Assembly: GCA_903855705.1 (NCBI GenBank) | Contig: CAINZT010000103.1 | Location: 1,105 to 65,104 of the forward strand | Origin: an uncultured Synechococcus sp. | Lineage (GTDB): Bacteria; Cyanobacteriota; Cyanobacteriia; PCC-6307; Cyanobiaceae | DNA: 64,000 nucleotides | Direction of reading: 5' to 3' | Shown here: positions 57,761-64,000 of the stretch, one piece after another | How the letters are laid out: every line of letters starts with the position of its first letter | Numbering within the stretch: the stretch's first letter is position 1 | Made by a program: the position numbers and the translations under genes | Notes under the pieces: model-generated | The model's input: only the letters and a program-made list of their open reading frames with translations | The model's database searches: none | What the model was told of the DNA's origin: nothing

Positions 57761-59017
57761 ATGCCCTCCCCATCTGTAAGGCCCCTCGCGGAGCGTATTG
57801 GCTTCAGTTGGATGACAGCAGCGATTTTTTTGCTTCCCCTGCTGCCCCCGCTGGCCGCCCTGGCTGCGTCCCCTCCCCCTGGCGCCAAGCGCCCAGCGTT
57901 GGTGCCCCAACAACGGGCGCGGGTGACCTACGACACCTACTTGTTGGGCCCTGGGGACAGTTTGCAAATTGAACTGGAGAACATCCCCGAGCTGTCTGGG
58001 ACCTTCACGATTGGCCCCGATGGCACCCTCTATTTACCCAGGCTAAGAGCTCTGTTTGTTGAAGGTCTAAGCGTCGAGGAGCTGCGCGTTTTCCTGACCC
58101 AGCAGTTTCGAGCCTTTGTCCGCCAGCCCGAAATCTACCTGCGCCCGGTTGGCTATCGGCCGGTGCGGATTTATGTCGGTGGGGAGGTGCGTCGCCCGGG
58201 CTACTACACCTTGAGTGGTAGTCAGCAACTGGGCGGGGTCTCCAGTAGCGCTGATAATGCGATTCGAGAGAGTGGCGGTGACCAGATGGCTAGCCGCCCC
58301 GGTCTTAGCAGTGGCCAGGGTCTGGACTCAGGCAGCCGCGCCAGCAGCAGCGTCCCGGGCGCCGGCGGGGGGGGATCGGGTGGTCTCACAACCTATGGCG
58401 CCTTTTTCCCGACCGTTTTTGATGCCATTCGGGCAGCGCAAGGAATTACGCCCTACTCCAACCTTTCCTCAGTTCAAGTCACCCGCAAACTTCCACTCAG
58501 TAGCGGTGGGGGCAAAATAAGGACGTCCCTCAACTTTCTATCCCTAATTACCGAGGGCGACGAAAGCCAGAACATTCGTCTATTTGATGGCGACGTGGTC
58601 AGTATCTCCAAATCCCCCATCGTGTTGCGAGAGCAGCTCCTCAAGGCCGGTCAAACCAACCTGAGCCCCCAATTCATCACGGTCTACGTGAGTGGAAGGG
58701 TCAAGCTGCCCGGGGCAACTACATTGCCCCAGGGAGCCAGCCTTAATCAAGCCTTGATAAGCGCCGGTGGCCAACAGCTTCTCCATGGAAAAATTGAATT
58801 CGTGCGCTTTACCCGAGAAGGGGAACTCGATCGACGGGTCTTCAATTACAACGCAAATTCGGCATCAGATTCGGCAACCAATCCGATTTTGGTGAGTGGT
58901 GACATCATACGGGTTCAAGAATCAGCCTTTTCTGCTGGAGTTGGCATTCTCAACGAACTAACCGGCCCATTTGTCGGTATTTACTCCGTCTACAGCCTCT
59001 TTAGAGGTACTCGCTAA
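57761..59017 (+). CDS. Polysaccharide export protein (Wza/OPX, Poly_export + SLBB)
   Basis: YLLGPGDSL, IGPDGTLYLP, V.GEV.RPG.Y, GDVV, V.V.G.V..PG. Confidence 0.9.
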   Translation: MPSPSVRPLAERIGFSWMTAAIFLLPLLPPLAALAASPPPGAKRPALVPQQRARVTYDTYLLGPGDSLQIELENIPELSGTFTIGPDGTLYLPRLRALFVEGLSVEELRVFLTQQFRAFVRQPEIYLRPVGYRPVRIYVGGEVRRPGYYTLSGSQQLGGVSSSADNAIRESGGDQMASRPGLSSGQGLDSGSRASSSVPGAGGGGSGGLTTYGAFFPTVFDAIRAAQGITPYSNLSSVQVTRKLPLSSGGGKIRTSLNFLSLITEGDESQNIRLFDGDVVSISKSPIVLREQLLKAGQTNLSPQFITVYVSGRVKLPGATTLPQGASLNQALISAGGQQLLHGKIEFVRFTREGELDRRVFNYNANSASDSATNPILVSGDIIRVQESAFSAGVGILNELTGPFVGIYSVYSLFRGTR

Positions 59018-60733
59018 GTGATGAACCCATCCCTACAACCTCCCAGCCAGCCCATGCCAGCTGATGACGAAATTGACCTTGGCCAGCTAGCGGCAAGCCT
59101 GGGTCGTCGTCGCCGGCTGATCGCTGTTGTCACCGGTGGAACGGTCGTCCTCACCGGCTTACTCACGCTCCTACAGAAGCCCGTTTGGGAAGGGGAATTC
59201 CAAATTGTGTTGGCTAGTCAGGATAAGGGAGGCGGTCGCCTCGCCCAGCTTGCCGCCGCCAATCCGATGCTGGCAGGGGTTGCAATGCTTGGCACTGGCG
59301 GAGGCAGGGATAGCCTGGAAACGGAAGTCAAAATCCTGGAAAGTCCTTCCGTGCTAATGCCGGTCTTTGACTTTGTGCGTAGCTCGAAGATTGCAGCCGG
59401 GGAAGACATCAATCGGCTTCGTTATGATGCCTGGATCAAGAACAATCTTGATATCAAGCTCGAGAAAGGCACGTCCATTCTCAACATTTCCTACCGAGAT
59501 AATGACAAGCGCCTAATCCTACCCGTCATCGAAAAAATTTCCAAGACCTATCAGGATTACTCGGGCAGGGACCGACGCAGAGATATTTCCCAAGCCGTAG
59601 CCTATTTAAAAGGTCGCATTGCCAAAATTAGCCCAGAAGCTGATGCTTCCATGCGTCATGCCCAAGCCTTTGCCCTCTCCAATGGCCTGGGTATCCAAGA
59701 TGGCATTCCCACGGTTGCCAGCTCGGGGATGGAGGTGGGAGGGTCATCAGGAGCGAGTTCGGGATCCGTTGAGACGAATCGACTGACGGCCCAGGCCCAG
59801 GTGATTACCCTGCGCCAACAAATACGCAATGCGCAAGCCGCTGGCGCCGAAGTGCTCTTCCAGGCTCCCCAGCTAGAGGCCAATAAGGATCTCTACAAGC
59901 AGTATCAAAGTCTGGAGTCAAACCTGGCCGAACGACGCAGCCGCCTCAGGGAAAAAGATCCAATCATTGTGGGGCTGCTGCGTCAAAAAAGCGCCTTGAT
60001 CAATACCCTGAATCGGGAAACAATCTCCCTGCTGCAGGGCCAATTAGCATCCGCAAATGCTCGGCTTCAAGCCGCATCTCGTCCCAAAGAAGTGGTGCTA
60101 CAGCATCGCCAATTGGTGCGCCAGGCCCTGCGGGATGAGAAAACCTTGATCGAACTCGAAAACCAAATGCAGTTGGCTTCCTTAGAGCAAGCCAAGCAGA
60201 CCGATCCCTGGGAACTCATTTCAAACCCCACCCTGCTTGATCGCCCGGTAGCCCCTAAGAAAGGTCGCAACCTGGCCTTGGGGTTGTTGGCCGGTTTGGT
60301 GCTGGGAAGCGGGGCTGCCCTGGTGGCGGAACGGCGTACCGGTCGGATCCATGGCTCCGATGAACTGGCGTCCCTCTTGCCCGGTCCCCTTCTGGCCGTA
60401 CTCGAGGCGGATCAGCCAGCCGCTTGGAGCCAGCCGCTGCAATTGCTCAGTAGTGGACCCCTCGCTGGCGCCAGCACCCTTGCCCTGGTGTCGATCGGCT
60501 TGACCGCGGACGTTGCCGAGCCGATTGCCCAGGCCCTCCAGGCGGCGTCGGGTCGGCCCGTGCTCTGCAGCAGTGATCTGGTGGCGACCCGTAGTTGTGA
60601 TGCCCAGGTGCTTCTGACCAGCCCCGGAGCCGCTGAACGGGACCAGTTGCAACGGCTGCGGCGGGATTTGGAGCTGCAGGGCAGCCCTGTGGTCGGCTGG
60701 CTGCTGCTGAGCGCCCCCCGGCCCCATGGCTGA
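59018..60733 (+). CDS. Polysaccharide co-polymerase (Wzz/GumC family), no intact kinase domain
   Basis: DEIDL...RRRRLI + TM1, TEV.IL.S..VL, coiled coil, P....PV.P + TM2; no Walker A in the tail. Confidence 0.88.
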   Translation: MMNPSLQPPSQPMPADDEIDLGQLAASLGRRRRLIAVVTGGTVVLTGLLTLLQKPVWEGEFQIVLASQDKGGGRLAQLAAANPMLAGVAMLGTGGGRDSLETEVKILESPSVLMPVFDFVRSSKIAAGEDINRLRYDAWIKNNLDIKLEKGTSILNISYRDNDKRLILPVIEKISKTYQDYSGRDRRRDISQAVAYLKGRIAKISPEADASMRHAQAFALSNGLGIQDGIPTVASSGMEVGGSSGASSGSVETNRLTAQAQVITLRQQIRNAQAAGAEVLFQAPQLEANKDLYKQYQSLESNLAERRSRLREKDPIIVGLLRQKSALINTLNRETISLLQGQLASANARLQAASRPKEVVLQHRQLVRQALRDEKTLIELENQMQLASLEQAKQTDPWELISNPTLLDRPVAPKKGRNLALGLLAGLVLGSGAALVAERRTGRIHGSDELASLLPGPLLAVLEADQPAAWSQPLQLLSSGPLAGASTLALVSIGLTADVAEPIAQALQAASGRPVLCSSDLVATRSCDAQVLLTSPGAAERDQLQRLRRDLELQGSPVVGWLLLSAPRPHG

Positions 60734-62804
60734 GCCCTTTCCCTTGGGATCCCGGCGCTGGGCCTCGGCCCTTGTCGTGGCGACGGTGGCCCTTCAACCG
60801 GTCCAGGCCCAGCCCAGTTGGCAAGGCGTTTCGCCGCAAAAACCCTCTGGCGGTCAGAGCGCCGCGGGCCTGCCCCAGTGGCAACGGATCCCCCCTGCCG
60901 ATCCAATCGCCGGGGGCCGGTCCACCCCTGGGGGCAAGCAGGGAGCACCGATCTGGCAGCCCCTGCCTGGGGCCGCAGGCCCTTCCCCCCAGCTGGTTTG
61001 GGAGCCCGTAGCTCCAGTAGCAGCAGAGTCCAAACCAGGGATCGGAAGCCCTGGGGCCAAGCCTGGAAGTCCCCTGCCCCAGAGCTGGACCCGAACGAGC
61101 TCAGCAGATCCGCTTTCAGACGGAGCGGCACGCCAGGCCAAACCCGTGGCCGCGCCCCCCACCAGCCCGGCGGAAGCCCAGGCCCTGCTGGATGGGCTCA
61201 AGCCCACAGCCGCCGATTACACCCCCCAACTCCGCCTGGGTGAGGCCGTGCCCACGGCCCAGCAACTCTCCGACCAACAAAGTCAGCTGTCCTTCTTCCA
61301 GTTGGCCCCTTTTGGCGGCGCTAAGCAGGGCAGTGGCGGCGGCACCGGCAACCAGAATTATGCCGCCAGGCTGGATGCGGGCTTAACGGATCAGGTTCAG
61401 ATTTCGGCGTTTTATAGCGTTGCTGATGATCCGCTCTACGCGCCGATCACGGGCAAGATCATTCAGCCCGCCAATTTCTGGGAGAGCTATGGCGGGGCCT
61501 TGCAATGGCGTCTGCTCGGTTCGAGCAACACCCCATGGAAGCTAGCCATCGCAGGCTCGCTGGAGGGATGGACGGTGGGCAGCGGTGGCTGCGATTCCTT
61601 CTCCTGTAAAGGCCAGAACAATGCCAGTCCCAATATTTTCAACAACTCTGGCAGCCGGGTACAAACCACCAACCTGGTAGGTTCCCTGTCCCTACCGATG
61701 ACCTGGCAGGCCCTACCGAGCTTGGCGCTCAGCGTTACGCCGGGAGTGAGCTTTTTGCCCGGTAGCCAGGGCGAAGGACAAGGCGGCAGTGGACCCTTCT
61801 ATGGCACGAACGTGAATGTGGCTGCCGGTGCCAGTTGGCGACCGATCCCCAGCCTGACCCTATTCGGCTCGGGGTTAATGCCCCTGGGACCTGGCAACAA
61901 CAGTTTTAACGGCAATTTGGTTTTCGCCAGGGTTCCGATTCTCACGGCGGGCGTCAATTGGGCCCTGAACCCCCGCATTGCCTTAGAAGGCCAACTCACC
62001 AACGGCTGGGGTGCCACCCCTGCCACCGCCCTGCTCGCCCTGCCTTCCGACAATCGCCTGGGCTATTCGGGGCGCTTTGTGTTTACCCCTGGAGCGCTTG
62101 ACACGCCCCAGCCCGCCATGACCACGCGCCAACGGTCCCTTGCCCTGGGGGGGCTCACGGTGAATACGGCCTTAGTGCCGGCCCGGGGCACCACGGAGCT
62201 CTGGGCGAATGGCGATAGCCAGGGAGATGGCTTTGGCTACATCGGCTATTCGCTCTCCAATCTTTTCCAGCTAGATGTGTATAAGGGTGGTGCCTTCAAT
62301 AATGTGCGACCGCTGAACGCTCTTTCAACAACCTATGCCAGCGACGGTGGCTGGAACTATCGCTATGGCGGCAAGGCGATTGCCATGAGCCAACTGAGGG
62401 GGGCTCCCTTTTCGCTCGGCGGTCGCATCAGCCTAGGTCGCAATACGGACCCAGCCAGCTACCAGGGCTATATGTTTGTCGAATCCGTTTCCACCTGGGA
62501 GGCCAATTCCTGGCTAGCCCTCAATTTCAACCCCAAACTGGCCTGGAGCGGCGTTAGCACCCCCTGGGGGGTGGGCCTGGGTGCCAATATCCAATTGGGG
62601 CCCCACTTCCAGCTGATCCCAGAAGTGAATGTGGTGGGATCTCAGATCAGTGCCACCAACGGGACCCTGGCCCTGCGCTGGCTGGCCACAAGCAGCACCA
62701 ATTTGGAATTTTATGTCAGCAATGCAGCCGGCCTGTTTGACATGGGCCAACTCCTGGACAACACCAACGTGCGGGTGGGTGGCCGCTTGCTATTTAGTTT
62801 TTAG
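60726..62804 (+). CDS. Putative outer-membrane beta-barrel protein
   Basis: Signal peptide (AxA-like VQA), Pro-rich linker, amphipathic beta-strands, C-terminal Phe (RLLFSF). Confidence 0.65.
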   Translation: MAEPFPLGSRRWASALVVATVALQPVQAQPSWQGVSPQKPSGGQSAAGLPQWQRIPPADPIAGGRSTPGGKQGAPIWQPLPGAAGPSPQLVWEPVAPVAAESKPGIGSPGAKPGSPLPQSWTRTSSADPLSDGAARQAKPVAAPPTSPAEAQALLDGLKPTAADYTPQLRLGEAVPTAQQLSDQQSQLSFFQLAPFGGAKQGSGGGTGNQNYAARLDAGLTDQVQISAFYSVADDPLYAPITGKIIQPANFWESYGGALQWRLLGSSNTPWKLAIAGSLEGWTVGSGGCDSFSCKGQNNASPNIFNNSGSRVQTTNLVGSLSLPMTWQALPSLALSVTPGVSFLPGSQGEGQGGSGPFYGTNVNVAAGASWRPIPSLTLFGSGLMPLGPGNNSFNGNLVFARVPILTAGVNWALNPRIALEGQLTNGWGATPATALLALPSDNRLGYSGRFVFTPGALDTPQPAMTTRQRSLALGGLTVNTALVPARGTTELWANGDSQGDGFGYIGYSLSNLFQLDVYKGGAFNNVRPLNALSTTYASDGGWNYRYGGKAIAMSQLRGAPFSLGGRISLGRNTDPASYQGYMFVESVSTWEANSWLALNFNPKLAWSGVSTPWGVGLGANIQLGPHFQLIPEVNVVGSQISATNGTLALRWLATSSTNLEFYVSNAAGLFDMGQLLDNTNVRVGGRLLFSF

Positions 62805-63362
62805 GTCGGCATTTCCAAGCAGCACTGGGCAACGGCCCCGGAAATCAGAAAGCCTGTCAATGCCCCACTCATGGACAACGCGACTAGGAGCATCATTGCA
62901 GCTAACAACCAGGTTCTTACTCGAACTATTACTAGCTGTGCGCCAACCCAAATGGGCATCAAGTCACTAGATAGCCAAATCGCGAAGAACAACGCTCGAC
63001 CAGAATGGAGCAGGATTTAATTTAACTTTTTTTTGCACAATCCACTTGCTTCACCGCACGCGTCCGTCCGTCTCGCGACGCTATCGACACAAAGACGACA
63101 AGCCAAGCAGACAGATACCATTCGATCTATCCCCTAATTGCGCAAGTTTACTCCACAGTCATTCAAAGATGGCCTTTCCGCGCTCACCAGTCACCACCGA
63201 AAAGCCATGGCCTTGAGCCACCTCAAAGCACTACACCCCCTAGCATAAACGACTATTAACCGAAGCATAATATCGAGACTGACTGCCCAATCTAGAATTG
63301 GGCACCAACCCAGGCCCTGGCATGGATCAAGCACAATTGGTTCAACAGATGGTGCCCCATCC

Positions 63363-64000
63363 ATGATTGAAGACACAAAAGCGGATCTGTTTCGGCTGCG
63401 GCGAAGGCCTCTGACCGAAAAGCTCACCGATCAGTCCTTCCGACTGCTGGCCATCATCCTGGCGTCCCTAGTGGGTTTGATCCTGGCGGCGATCTTGATC
63501 ACGGTCTTAGTGGGATCCCGTTCCGCCATGTCGGCCTATGGACTTGGCTTCCTGACAACCTCTAACTGGAATCCAGTTACGAATGAATATGGGGCCTTTA
63601 CGGCGATCTACGGTACCGTTGTTACCTCCACTCTCTCCTTATTGATTGCCGTGCCCCTTGGCGTAGGCACAGCAATCTTTTTAACGGAAAACTTTATTCC
63701 AACCAAAGGCCGCCAAATCATTGGCATGATGGTTGAGCTTCTCGCTGCTATTCCATCTGTGGTGTTGGGATTGTGGGCGATTTTCGTGATGGAGCCGTTC
63801 CTCAGGCCGCTTCTTAACTCCCTGCATGACACCCTCGGTTGGCTCCCCTTCTTCTCGACCCAGCCGGAAGGTCCTGGCATGGCGCCAGCGATCCTGATCT
63901 TGGTTGTCATGATTTTGCCAATCATTACGGCCATCGCCAGGGATTCCTTGCTCCAAGTGCCCATTGAATTACGCCAGGCAGCCTATGGAATTGGCACCAC
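63363..64000 (+). CDS. pstC: Phosphate ABC transporter permease PstC, 3'-truncated by the window edge
   Basis: My translation gives FL..SNWNP...YGAFTAIYGT..TS...LLIAVPLGVGTAIFLTE...VELLAAIPSVVLGLW. Absent from the ORF track because it has no stop in the window. Confidence 0.93.
   Translation, partial: MIEDTKADLFRLRRRPLTEKLTDQSFRLLAIILASLVGLILAAILITVLVGSRSAMSAYGLGFLTTSNWNPVTNEYGAFTAIYGTVVTSTLSLLIAVPLGVGTAIFLTENFIPTKGRQIIGMMVELLAAIPSVVLGLWAIFVMEPFLRPLLNSLHDTLGWLPFFSTQPEGPGMAPAILILVVMILPIITAIARDSLLQVPIELRQAAYGIGT

Noticed and set aside
62805..63362. Pho box or sRNA upstream of pstC
   Set aside because: AT-rich, but I could not find a clean 11-bp-periodic repeat or a recognisable RNA motif by eye.
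1..64000. CRISPR array, IS/transposase, prophage, rRNA
   Set aside because: No repeat-spacer periodicity and no transposase, phage or rRNA signatures were seen.

Overview
GC-rich picocyanobacterial (Cyanobium/Synechococcus-like) chromosome segment. The core backbone includes polA, gltX, tRNA-Asp, the hyperconserved protein, tRNA-Trp, rplS, map, ebsA, infA, an NTRC-type trxB, pntA/pntA2/pntB, dxr, cysS and the start of pstC. Three accessory blocks stand out. (1) At 1-4253 is a ferrosome (fez)-like cluster: an atypical P1B ATPase, an HMA_2-type membrane protein and a second P-type ATPase that has lost its catalytic motifs. (2) At about 20.8-23.8 kb is an islet with a chagasin-like inhibitor, a CIRCE-like site, an Hsp20 interrupted by an amber stop, and an alpha-amylase. 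(3) At 41.7-62.8 kb is a putative surface glycolipid and polysaccharide locus: MFS transporter, MGDG-synthase-like GT, a single-module reducing PKS (KS-AT0-DH-ER-KR-ACP-R) with an inactivated AT, a ceramide-glucosyltransferase-like GT2, an SRPBCC protein, a hydrolase-like/P450 pair, Wza, a Wzz/GumC protein and an outer-membrane barrel. I saw no CRISPR array, IS element or rRNA. All calls rest on reading motifs by eye; no database searches were run.
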